From NCBI GenBank assembly GCA_965235115.1, contig OZ249436.1, forward strand, positions 45,634,001-45,698,000: a stretch of 64,000 nucleotides of DNA. The letters run 5' to 3'. The translations under genes and the position numbers were made by a program. Source of the stretch: Laetmonice hystrix (taxonomy: Eukaryota). A model generated the notes under the pieces. It made no database searches. It had not been told where the DNA came from and saw only the letters and a program-made list of their open reading frames with translations. This document shows positions 11,120-23,110 of this stretch, in pieces (the stretch's first letter is position 1; each line of letters starts with the position of its first letter).

Positions 11120-14100
11120 ATGGTAAGTAAAGGCAGCCTGGGTGTGGATCGTTGCTGAACCTCCATCCCTATGTGCATTTAAGTGATATTATCTGCGAGA
11201 CAAGCTAGTATATCGGGTGAGCCCCCCCCCCCCCATCCAGAAAATGGAGCACTATTTACTTGACCTATCACTTCTATAATTTATATCCCAATGTCATAAT
11301 TTTTGGAATATCATATCATCTAATAAATTGGGACGCGTGGTACAAATTTCAGATACATAGGTCCAAACGTCTAAAAATAGGGTCATTTTAAAAACTGGTG
11401 CCCGTCATATTGGTACAACACAAAATTTTAGCTGGATAAAATCAACTTTGGCCCCCTAACCGAAAATCCTGGGGCGGGTTGCACTAACGGTCCTACGGGT
11501 TAGGACTGAATTTAGGACCAGTCCTACATTCAACAGGGGCCAATATCCATAGTTTAAAGGTAATTCGTCAACTTTTATATCTCAAGGGCTATTGAAACTC
11601 AGATAGATATAAAGTGCCTGGGGGGCATGACACTCAGTAGGACTGGTCCTAAATTCAGTCCTAACCCGTAGGACCGTTAGTGCAACGCGCCCCTGGATCC
11701 GCACCTGCACTATTCTCGACTTTTCTCCTTTAGTTTAGTTCGTTCTCGGTGAATTTTTATAGATTTTTATAGATTTTTATAGAATTTTTTCAGACAGGGA
11801 ATCCCAAATGGTGTAGATCTAATTCATGGGGTTTAAGTCGGAACCGGCCACCAGTTTTTGGCAGGGGGCATTTAATACATTTGACGTCACGTCGTTCAGA
11901 CACACTGGCAACAACCCTGCCTTAATTGGGACACACACTAAGGAAACTGGGTCATTCAACGTGACGGGACTCAGTTTTTCAGTTTTTCAGGGCAGTTTCC
12001 CGCTTAGAAGACGTGCGGCATCACGCTAATGACCCTGGTCCGGCATTGCAATTTTTGACACGAATTATTTTAAATGGCCCTATTTTTAGATGTTTTGACC
12101 TATTTATCTGAAATTTGAACCACAGGCCCCAAATAACCAGATGATATCGTGCGCAAAATATTATGACACTGGGATAGAAATTATAGAAGTTACAGTCAAG
12201 AAAAGATTGTTCCAAAATTGTTAGGCCCACCCGATATAAAAATTGCTTAAAGGAGAAGTCCAGTCAAAAATCACATTTGGACAGCTGCAATGCCTCTATA
12301 TATACTCACCTTTCAGAGTAGTGGTTGGAAATAAATGTCCCCCTATTCCAAGAAGTCATATGTTGAACATGATAACCGTGTCAAAATCACTGGCTTCAGC
12401 AGCGCAGCCATTTGTTGCTATTGGGCTGGCCGGAAGTGACATTCTATTGCATGCCGGGGCTAGGCTATGCTAGGCTGAAGGCAGCCGAGGCGGGTGGCAA
12501 ATCGACGGGGGTCAGTCCCACAGTCACAGTCACAACTAAACGCAGCAGGTCTGTGCTGACCATGCTGACACTGCCATTGCACGCGGTCGTAGTCAGAGTG
12601 GGGCCCGGCCTCAGGGGCCATGAGCTCCGTCAACATCACACGAGTCCGAGTGGGACGAATTGAATGCAGGCGGCCGAAACCCACGGCTGCCCAGATCCGT
12701 GTCCACCCTGATATGTGCCCTGACATCGGTTGGCTTAATTCCTAGCCATTCCTCATCACTATCGATGGTTTTCGTCTATGTTCTAACAAATTTTGCTTAT
12801 AAGCTGTCAACGTTCGCTGCCTTCCGAATCGATCAACGCAACAGGTGCGTCAGTTTTTAGTTCCTCCCTAACTGGAGAGCAGTCGTGCTGCGCATGCTCG
12901 CCTAGGGCGATCATGCGCAGTTTGAGATTAGCCCAAGGAGCAGACGGTAATGGCGGCCTTCACCAGCTGAGCGGGTTCTAAGAAGCCTCCGGCACTAAAG
13001 TGCTTATATCTTAATTATTTGAGTACCAATTGTGTTCAAATATTTTTTAACTTGCTTAGAATATCACGCCCTGTGTGCCTGGCCTGTACAGACTGGCGAT
13101 GGCCTTTTCTTTTAACAGATATCTTTGTAAGAATATAGTTCGTAGGTCTATTGGTTAAAGGACCAGTGTACTCGTATCGAAGAGGGTGGCACCCCCTGGA
13201 TATCCGGCCCAAGTCGGTTTCATAAACTACTCCGCTCACCTATAAGAACCTATTGATATCATACTAAAAATATAATTTAGCTGTTTCAAATAATGCACGT
13301 AATGTTATTTACTATGCGGCCTAGTTGTAGCTGCGCCTACAATTCATTTTACGGGAATTGATGTGGGGAACTATGTTCTGTGCGGATGTACACAACAGCG
13401 CCGTCCAGCACGGCGTTCAAAGGAATACTCTGGCCCTTTAATCCAGTCAGAACCCTATAGGCTTTTAAAGCGTAGGTCTATGCTTAGCGTATGCTAAGCT
13501 TCTATAGCCTATACAAGACGTCACCACCATGATGTGTCAGAGCATTGGGGCCAAGGAGTGAATTGTTTGTTTGAAATATCTTTATTCAGGTCTGAATTGC
13601 AATTCGCATATCTGATGCAGAAACTTTTTATGGACCCGTTCAAATGCACTTATATTATACACGTGGTCACCTATATAGTATAGACTACATAAGCATCCAA
13701 ATAGGCGGGGGAGGGGGTGGGGTGGGTGGTGGAAGGTGGGAGGGTCTCTCCCTATCCTAGCTAATTAAAAAAGAAAAAGAAAAAAGGTCTGAAAACGTTT
13801 TGTTTGCATTAGATTCTAATGTTAACATTTCTGAAACATTAATTATTAGTCCCCAAACCTTGTCAGATAATCAATCACTTGGATTATCATTGAACTATCT
13901 TAAATATTATAGCTTACATGGTTTATTGGCTTTTATAATACATGTATTAGAAACTTGTCATACTCATGTTAACAGGTCGATTTTGCCTTTACCTTTTGTT
14001 ATGTTATGTTCTGCTATCTTTGTAATTTAAAGTTGCCCTTTTTTGTCCTAAAGTCGGCTGTGAGTGACTTCCGGGTGCGCGGACTCTGCTGCGCGCCGGT

Positions 14101-17100
14101 CACACCGTTCAAGGACAACGGGTGAGTAGTACTAAGATTTCCCGCTAGGCAGCACGATTACTTTAATTATAATTGATTATAATTGACAAAACATATACTT
14201 AGCATGTTTATAGATCAATAAGTAAATATATTATTATTATTATTATTTATTATTTATGTTTCGCCAGTGAAACCCGTCACATGAAGCCATTACCTTTAGA
14301 CCTATACAGATGTACTTATGCCTCCTGTCACATAGGCCTTAATATTCATACTGATTGACATTTTGTCATTTTTCTAAATTTTGTCATTTTGACTACATAG
14401 CATCCTCGACACTATCACTATATACTTCCAGAGACCTAAACGTTGAGGTATTAGACCAATATGTCCAGCACCTTCTGGATTTTGGCACGCCTAATGTGTT
14501 TGGTGAGTTGATGGTCGAAAAATCTGGTGTAATATTCTCAGACAAGCACTTAACTTAGAGGCCTGTCAGCCTACGTAATTATTGCTGACATAAAAGTATG
14601 ACAGATACTAAAACGTTTTGATCGCTATAAAGGTAGGACTTCTCGAAAACGCAATCTGTGAAAGGGGGGCACACTTTTCTCCACATGATTTTGTTCGGCC
14701 TCTAATCACCAGCATCTATCGCTGTTACAGTCAATGGTACAACAGGGGAGGGCAACAGTATGACCCTAGCCGAGCGGAAACAAATGGGAGAGGCATGGGT
14801 GAAAGCTGCCAAAGGAAAGTAAGTTCATCCTTCCATAGTAGGCTCCTACAACTAATGGCAATTTTAGAGCGACCTCATCAGAGCTGTGAATGTGGCTACA
14901 ACATGATGCCATCACTGATTTACAAAACATTCATTTTTATACTTTGGCCTTAATGTTCTCAATATTTCTTCTCAATATTGACCTTTCAGGTTGTCTGCGG
15001 TCATTCTACATATTGGTACAGGCTGTCTCCGTGACAGTCAGGAATTGGTTAGTCTAGTCTTTGTAATGTACACCCAACAGAAAGTGGTCCTTATATTCTA
15101 CAATGTAGACCTAGGATGCAAACAACATAATTAAGCCTAGTAAAAACAAACGTTGTGTGCCCTCGGGATTCCTTACTTGATAAAGTTTGGTAACTCCTGA
15201 AAACTCCACCTTATACTTTAATTGTTTTAATTTTCATTGCGCAGGCGCGCCATGCCCAGGAGATCGGCACTGACGCAATCGCCTGCGTCTCCCCGACCTA
15301 CCACAAGCCACAAACAATAGGTAGGTATAGGTGTCATCCATCTCGTTAGATGACGTCACTTGGCAGGCAAGTTGCCAACGCCTGCTGAAAGAAGATTTCC
15401 AACGATGATCTTACTTTGTCTCAGCTGTAGAACTGTATTTCAATCTGAGTTCCCTTTCTGTGTTTCAGAGGATTATGTTGAATATATGCGCCAGGTGGCG
15501 CTATGTGCACCGTCTCTTCCGTTTTTCCTGTACGACATCGACTTCGTCACTGGCGTCACGTGTGAGTGGTTTTCATTGAACTTTTCGAAATCAGTGTCGA
15601 GTTTTAAGGTAAAAGACAACGCAGGGGATTTTTCATGGGGGAACGTTCTGGAGACTTCGCTGGGGTTGGGGGAGGTGACTGGCCGTGGAGCCTCTCAATT
15701 TGAGTCCCAATTTGATTTTCTTACACCACGATTTCAAAGGGAGCTTTCAGACGAGAATGATTGAACGAAGTCGGCCCTACATCTGTTCCTATATAACGAA
15801 GTCGGCCCTACATCTGTTCCTATAACGAAGTCGGCCCTACATCTGTTCCTATATAACGAAGTCGGCCCTACATCTGTTCCTATATAACGAAGTCGGCCCT
15901 ACATCTGTTCCTATATAACGAAGTCGGCCCTACTTCTGTTCCTAGATGTCCTAACAACATGTATCCATATGTTTTGAATGCAGTTAGTACGAATGAATTC
16001 TTCCACCTGGCCAAGAAGTGTATTCCCACCCTACGGGGTGTCAAACACACGTCAGCATCGTTTGTCAGTATGCATAACATCGTCCGAGACCATGGGGACA
16101 CCGTTCAAATACTACTCGGCAGTGACGAGGTAAGCTTCTGCCTAGCTAGCTGCACGCCTTAATAATTTATTGAATAGACTTCATGCTGTGTTCCAATATT
16201 CCTGATGTCCTTGGAACTAATAATTTCAGACCTACATCGAGGCGCTGACGCTGGGTATTGACGTCACAATCATGAACTCGTTTAACGGTCACGTGTTTCA
16301 GACCTACATCGAGGCGCTGACGCTGGGTATTGACGTCACAATCATGAACTCGTTTAACGGTCACGTGTTTCAGACCTACATCAGGCTGACGCTGGGTATT
16401 GACGTCACAATCATGAACTCGTTTAACGGTCACGTGTTTCAGACCTTACATCAGGCTGACGCTGGGTATTGACGTCACAATCATGAACTCGTTTTAACGG
16501 TCACGTGTTTCAGACCTACATCAGGCTAACGCTGGGTATTGACGTCACAATCATGAACTCGTTTTAACGGTCACGTGTTTCAGACCTACATCAAGGCGCT
16601 GACGCTGGGTATTGACGTCACAATCATGAACTCGTTTAACGGTCCCGTGTTTCAGACCTACATCAGGCTGACGTTGGGTATTGACGTCACAATCATGAAC
16701 TCGTTTAACGGTCACGTGTTTCAGACCTACATCGAGGCGCTGACGCTGGGTATTGACGTCACAATCATGAACTCGTTTAACGGTCACGTGTTTCAGACCT
16801 ACATCAGGCTGACGCTGGGTATTGACGTCACAATCATGAACTCGTTTTAACGGTCACGTGTTTCAGACCTACATCGAGGCGCTGACGCTGGGTATTGACG
16901 TCACAATCATGAACTCGTTTAACGGTCCCGTGTTTCAGACCTACATCGAGGCGCTGACGCTGGGTATTGACGTCACAATCATGTCACGTGTTTCAGACCT
17001 ACATCGAAGCGCTGACGTTGGGTATTGACGTCACGATCATGAACTCGTTTAACGGTCCCGTGTTGACTCGGGTCAAGGACTTGATGGATGCTGGACAGAC

Positions 17101-17980
17101 GGAGACCGCCCGACATGAACAGGTCGGTAGTGGAGTTCAAAAGCTTGTTCCCATTTAAAAAAAATACTCATCGGCCATTAAGGTTAAAACAAGACCCCTT
17201 ACCCCTGTTCACACACCCGTCCTTAGCGCAGGGATATACATTCACCACTCGGGGCAATAAAGCAGTTTCAGTTAGACAATGCCACTATAACATCCCCTGT
17301 AATATATTTTATCCACACATAGCTTAAGTTATGTCTTAAGCTTGATTCTTCAACTCATATATACAATGCACTTTAATTTCATTAATGTATTCCAACGAGA
17401 TTAGACCCACAGAACTGTCGGCGCTTTTATTATTACGAAGGTCCTGTTAGCTAGGTTCCTGTTGTTTTTACATCGTATTTACTATTTCAGGGCCTTTCCC
17501 TTCTGGTGGGCAGCATGAGAAGAAAACACAGTAAGTATTACGTTCGTGTTCCCTTTCCAATGAATTAGTCATATAGAGGTCTATAACTTCTTAACCACGA
17601 TAATATATATAGGCCTACAACTGGCAATGAATTGTGAAAATGATACCATACCATAGCGACAGGTGGCGCCACCAGCCTGACCGTGGCATTCCTAAAGCAA
17701 AGGCGAAAAATCAAGAATTTAAATGATCTAATTGATCAAACATCAAACCTACTGACTATACCCCAGCCATGAAGGACACCAATGATGGGAGGAGTTACAC
17801 TTGTTTTTTTGCCTTTCAGATTTCAGTATCCCTGGTGGTGCCAAGGCGATCCTGCGGGCCCTAGACCTCCAGGTTGGCAGTCCACGCCTCCCGCTGTCTC
17901 CCATCACAGACCACCAGGTGGCGACAGTGAAGGCTGAGCTGACCGACATGGGATACTTCGACTGGGGTGTTCACATATAA
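11120..17980 (+). CDS. NPL: N-acetylneuraminate lyase-like protein (DHDPS/NAL TIM-barrel family), 309 aa. Exons ATG 11120-11122, 14054-14121, 14432-14502, 14731-14818, 14990-15047, 15245-15320, 15469-15561, 15984-16129, 16997-17122, 17491-17530, 17820-17980
   Basis: Spliced translation contains GLCCAPVTPF, FVNGTTGEG (GxxGE motif), HIGTG, PFFLYDI (catalytic Tyr), GVKHTS (Schiff-base Lys), LLGSDE and GSPRLPL. Exons sum to 930 nt, all GT-AG. The start is inferred from ATG|GTAAGT at 11120. Confidence 0.9.
11472..11692. mobile_element. MITE with ~55-bp terminal inverted repeats and CTG target-site duplication
   Basis: gggcgggttgcactaacggtcctacgggttaggactgaatttaggaccagtcctac and its near-perfect reverse complement, with ctg on both sides. 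It is inserted into an aaatcctggatccgcacctg terminus of another element. Confidence 0.8.
13159..13437. mobile_element. Kolobok-like non-autonomous element (TTAA flanks, AG...CT termini)
   Basis: ttaa|aggaccagtgtactc ... gaatactctggccct|ttaa, an imperfect inverted pair. Confidence 0.55.
15764..15942. repeat. Intronic ~31-bp minisatellite, ~5.5 copies
   Basis: Unit aacgaagtcggccctacatctgttcctatat. Confidence 0.9.
16224..17064 (+). repeat. 69-72-bp tandem array made of an NPL splice acceptor plus the exon 5' part, 12 acceptor copies
   Basis: Unit tttcag|ACCTACATCGAGGCGCTGACGCTGGGTATTGACGTCACAATCATGAACTCGTTTAACGGTCACGTG. Copies start at ~16230, 16302, 16374, 16443, 16514, 16584, 16656, 16725, 16797, 16867, 16939 and 16997. 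Confidence 0.92.
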
Positions 17981-19324
17981 TCCACAATCTCTGTTTGACC
18001 TATGGGTTTCACTGGCTGGGTTAAAAATTTGTGGGGTTTTGATTTTAAAAAAATGTGTAAAGTCATAGAAGGGCGGATCCATGATTTTGGAAACAGGTTC
18101 AGGATGGAAAGCTAACAAACCAAGGGGGAAGAGGATGTCTGAGTGGGAAAGCCGAAACAACGCCCTCTGGTGGTGTGTGCTGGAATAGGCCGACTTCCGG
18201 TGTTCAGGGAAGGCCAGAGGAGGTTCACGGTTTACTGGTGCTTTGGGAGAAAAGTGTCGAGAGTAGGGCAAACACTCGATAACTTTAGAAATAACTTAAG
18301 GCACCAACTGTGACCAGCAATTCCGGAAGATTAGATATACAGGATGTGCCTAAACTAATCGATTGTCTTGAAATATTCGATGAAAAATAAAACTTCAATA
18401 AATAAAACTATTTTTGTTACGAAGTCTCCATTTTCGTCGTCATCTTCTAATGGAAAAACTAGGAGGTCAGATCTTCAAACGGTGGAATCGACCTTTGTAT
18501 AACCTATAGATCTAGATCTTTTTCCGTCTCTATAATAAGCATGGTTGCGTTTTGTAAAACCCGCAAAATCATCGACTAGATCGTTTATTTCTGGTTTATT
18601 TCTGGTTCTGTCGTTGTTTTCGATTAGTCCGACCCAGACACAAGTCATCTCGTGGTTTAGTGATGGCCAGACCATAGCACCACCTGGTGAGGGGCATTAA
18701 TTCTCACCTAGCGGAGACTTGGCGAACTAGTATTGACAACTTGCCTCGCCCACACCCTTCCGCCAGATATCCCATAGATTTATGACTTAAATAATAACAG
18801 TAGGCTAGTATGAAGAACACTGCCATAGGCCTATAAGACAATGCCTTTCTGGGATAAGATTCATGCACTCCTGTTACAGGGTATTTGAAATGGTGGCAGA
18901 TAAAGCCCTGGCGGTAAGGAGCGCCCTGGCCCAAGACATTCTCCGCCGCAAGATGTCTCTGCTGTCTGGCTACGCGCAATGTCTCGTGCTTCATGGCACG
19001 CGCAGGGAACCAGTTGAAAGGGGGACCTAATGATCACACTCCGTGGGTAGGCTCACGGTCAATCGGGTGTCCAGATAACATAGTTTCCTCTTAGCTTAGA
19101 TAATAATGTATTACAAAAAAAAAAAAACTTTAAAAAGTCCGAGGCTGAAGCCAAAGCCAAGGGAGAAGGGGGCACAAGAGCTAAATGATAAAAAGTGGGG
19201 TAGTCAGGTAGAATATCAAAGCCCAGATAATTTGTAGCCCCCACAAATATCAAACGCCATGTGCAGATAGGTAGAAAACACCGATATGCTTAACAGTTTG
19301 CCAAGTAGGCCTAATATGGAACTT

Positions 19325-20471
19325 CAGGCGCGTAGCCAGGGGGGATGCGCTCGCACCCCCCCCCCAAAAAAAAATCCCCCGAGGTCCACTCCAGGGACAA
19401 AATACTAACCTAAACTCTGGAGTGGGCCTACTGATCCTGTAAAAGTCATTTAAAAATAAAGAAACTGAATCTGAGGCGGAATAGCATTTTGTTCCCAGAT
19501 GCCAGGAAAACGCACAACACACGATTTAGGCCTACAGTGTATTTGGTTTTATTTTAGCTTTTTTTCTTCCAGAGGTGACAGGTCCCAATTAAAGTTCCAC
19601 CGTAAGTATCTTCAAGAATAAAACACTTACCTGTCCCCTATAGCCACCTATTGACATTATGAAGACACACTTTTGCTGCAATACTGCAGTAGGCCTATGA
19701 TGACTTCTGTTAACTAAAACTCGGACCGAAGCTAAAACATGATAATTAGTAGGAGTTTGAATTCGCCTCCGCTCGCCGAAAGGGGCGCTGCAAATGACGT
19801 CGAAAAACATGCCATAATAGTTCTAGGTCTTTAGGTATCGCTCCACCATACAGGCGCGGATCCAGAAATCTTTGCAGGTCCAGAAGATGCGAGCCGCCGG
19901 GGGATGGGCCAATGGTCTGGGGCCCTTCCCCGATAACATTACAAAAACCTAAGTTGGACCCGAGCAGGGGGGGGGGGGTCCGGACCCCCTGCCCCCCCCC
20001 CCTCTGGATCCGCGCCTGCCATACTTGATCATCATCATACGCTTGCTCAGTAAATATGCCTCCGAGGGATGAAAGTCGATGTAGGCAACAGAATTAGGTA
20101 AAAAGCTGAGAAAGAATGAGTTGGGCAAAAGGCGAGACAGTGCTTGTGGCATTGAAATAGATCGGTGAATGGCCTTGAAACCCCACGCTCCGAATGGTCC
20201 GAGCGTCACCTGAGACTGAAACTGAGCGTGGGAATCTACGATTATCCAAAATGGCCAAACGGTTCGAAGGTAGAATGTTGGATTGCAACGGGGTCAGCTG
20301 AGCGTTCTCACATTGTATTTGGTTGGTCTCACTTCAATTTATTTGAGTTTTACATGTGACACTAAGCTGATTTATATGGCAAGGTGTCGATATTACAGGT
20401 TTTAAAAATAAAGTACCTTTAAATCCCATGAAACGCACCCCCCCCCCTGAAAAATGCTGGCTACGCGCCTG
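19325..20471. mobile_element. Non-autonomous CAG...CTG element containing a nested smaller element
   Basis: Ends caggcgcgtagccag / ctggctacgcgcctg. Flanks gaactt / gaacta. Confidence 0.65.
19851..20018. mobile_element. Nested MITE with 5-bp target-site duplication
   Basis: ccata|caggcgcggatccag ... ctggatccgcgcctg|ccata. Confidence 0.75.
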
Positions 20472-20664
20472 GAACTAGGTCTTGCTTGCTGCGCGGCAGG
20501 ATAAACGCACAACACGTATCGGAGTATTTTGTGAACAGTTCTGGTTAAATATATTTTTTTATTTTTTTTATTTGGGTTAAAGGGGTAGACAACTCAGTGA
20601 ACACAAACACTGCTTATCAGTGTCACCCTATTTTTTGTTTCAGGATGTCGCAATCGGCTACAGG

Positions 20665-20838
20665 CACTTTACAAGTTGTATTTTACAGGGAATAATTACA
20701 GGTTTACACTTTACGAATTTACACTTTACAAGTGCACTTTACAAGTTGTATTTTTCAGGGAATAATTACAGGTTTACACTTTACGAGTTTACACTTTACA
20801 AGTGCACTTTACATGTTGTATTTTACAGGGAATAATTA
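20665..20838. repeat. ~70-bp AT-rich tandem repeat, ~2.5 copies
   Basis: Repeated cactttacaagttgtattttacagggaataattacaggtttacactttacg. Confidence 0.8.
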
Positions 20839-22953
20839 GATCGTGGCGATTGATGCCAGTCTTTTCTTAAAATGTTTCTTAGATTTGCTGTCTAGGTCTA
20901 GGTATCGTTTGATCTGGTACGGCAGGGGATTATCAATTAAACTATACATGTATACAGCTAGCTGATCTTCTCAACCTCTGAAACAATGTCTGAAGACCTG
21001 TCCTGGCGAACAGAGGCTAACACCAGGGAGTATTATTCGTAAGTAAGTAGTCTGACCTGTGTGGCAGGATGAGTCAAGGAGCGACCATGTGGCCGTCTGG
21101 CGAAGAGTATTAGACTGCACCTAGCGGGGGCTCAACGAACTACATTAATGACTCCCGCTTTCCGGTATGTATAGGTTATTCAACGGATCTGAGGGGTGGT
21201 CGCAGGTGATAACCGATTCGAGCGATAGCGAGAATCGTTATCACCGCGACCACCCCGAGGATCCAGTTGAATAACCTACATACACCCCACGCGGGAAGAT
21301 AGTCTGAAAGTGTTTCTGTTATAATTGTGTAGAATTTTGGGAAATGTCGGGTAATTTTAATGGAAAACTCTGAGCGTGGAATAGCTGCCGCGATAACCAC
21401 CCCATGGGATGGTTATCGTCGGGATGAGTAGGCTACCTCGGAGTTACCCCGCGACCATCTCTGAAAATCTAGTTGAATAACTGACATACACACCAGAGGG
21501 GAGAGAGTTTGAAACTGTTTCTGTTAAAATTGTCTTGAATTTTGGAAAATATCGATAATTTTTACCCGAAACTCTGAGCGTGGAATAGCTGTCGCGATAA
21601 CCACCATGGGTTGGTTATTGTCAAGGGGGATTGGCTACCTCGGTGTTACACCGCGACTATCCCTGAAAATCTAGTTGAATAGGCCTGACATACAGCCATG
21701 AGGAAGAGAGTTTGAACGTGTTTCCGTTAAAATTGTCTAGAATATTGGGGAATGTCTACTAATTTCGAGGAAAAACAAAGCTAGATCTGCACACATGCAG
21801 TGACCGTCTGGGCTGACGATCGCCACGCCTCAGTGCACTTGCTTGACCACGGTCTCCAAATAGCCCTTGCCCGGTACGTCACGGATGACTACACCGGAGT
21901 TATAACGCTACTCACCGGTGTACCACGTTTGATGTACCACTCCATTCAACATACCTTCGCTATGTTGAACCTGTTCAAATTACTCCCTCCAGTCACCTCC
22001 AGTTTCAGGGTTTGGGTTAGGGTAAGGATAAGTTAATGGTTATTTTGTCATTAGAAACTGGAGGGGGTCATTTGAACCTAGGTTCAACATAGGGGAGGGG
22101 TATATTCTGAATGGGGGGACTTGAAACTGTGTACACCGGCACTGACAGAATGGGCCGTCGGGAGCAGGTCCTGCGGTGACAGGACGGTCTACACTTTTTC
22201 ACCCGACCGACCGACCGATCTTCACCCGAAAGCTCGGACGAAGATCGGGTGGAAAGTTCGGGTGAGAATTTTCCTTGGCGAACTCCACCCGAACTTTTCA
22301 ACCGACAATGCAAATGGTCTACACTTTATAATTTTCACCCGACCGACAAGTTCGGGAGAAGGTCGGGTGGAAAGTTCGGGTAAGAATATTCCTGGCATAA
22401 GATCCGAATGAGACTGAGAATTCGGGTAACAGTCCGGGCCGATCACCCGACCATTGCTGCACTAAAGACCCAGAAATACACAGATCGATTTACGGCCGAT
22501 TTTAAGATACGACCGATTTTTCTCCATATTTTTCCAATCTAGCAGTAATTAAGAAATACTGCGCGGATGGTTTAAAAAAAATATCTGAACTCGGCCCGAC
22601 CGCCCGACCAATTCACAATTTTCTGAATCACCCGACCATTGCTCGACCAACCGAACTCCACCTGATCGCCCGATCACCAAAGTTCGGGTGCAGATCGGCT
22701 AAGTGTAACAAGGGCTTCAGTGTGGATTAAGAAAAATATGCAAATAATATCATATCACATTACCAACCGCGAGCGATAGCGAGAAAAAAATAACTCATTA
22801 TTATTCGAAACCTCCTACCCGAAGAATTCGAGGGAACCGAGAATTCTTGGGGTAGGAGGTTGAGAAAAAAAAATCGAGGGGTGATATCGAATGAAGCCCG
22901 AGCGAAGCGAGGGTTTCATTCGATATCAACACGAGAGAAATGAAGGTGGTAGT

Positions 22954-23110
22954 GCGGACGGTGTGGCGGAGTGGGTAGAGCGTTCGCTGACCAGTCCGGC
23001 GATCTGGGTTCGAATCCGGGAACAGGCAAGCTTTCGTGGTAAAACGACCCGGTTATCCAGAAAGAGTCGCGTGACTGGATATGGGGGCCCATGGGGTGTA
23101 TATATATATA
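22954..23110 (+). mobile_element. tRNA-derived SINE-like sequence, copy 1
   Basis: Pol III A-box TGGCGGAGTGG (22964) and B-box GGTTCGAATCC (23007) at tRNA-like spacing. The acceptor stem does not pair. The sequence ends in (TA)n. Confidence 0.55.

Noticed and set aside
12243..12981. Short ORFs and a TTAA-AGGAG left terminus inside the NPL intron
   Set aside because: Probably a truncated transposon remnant. No matching right end or transposase motif was found.
22954..23027. Functional tRNA gene
   Set aside because: A- and B-boxes are present, but the acceptor stem does not pair and there is no poly-T terminator.
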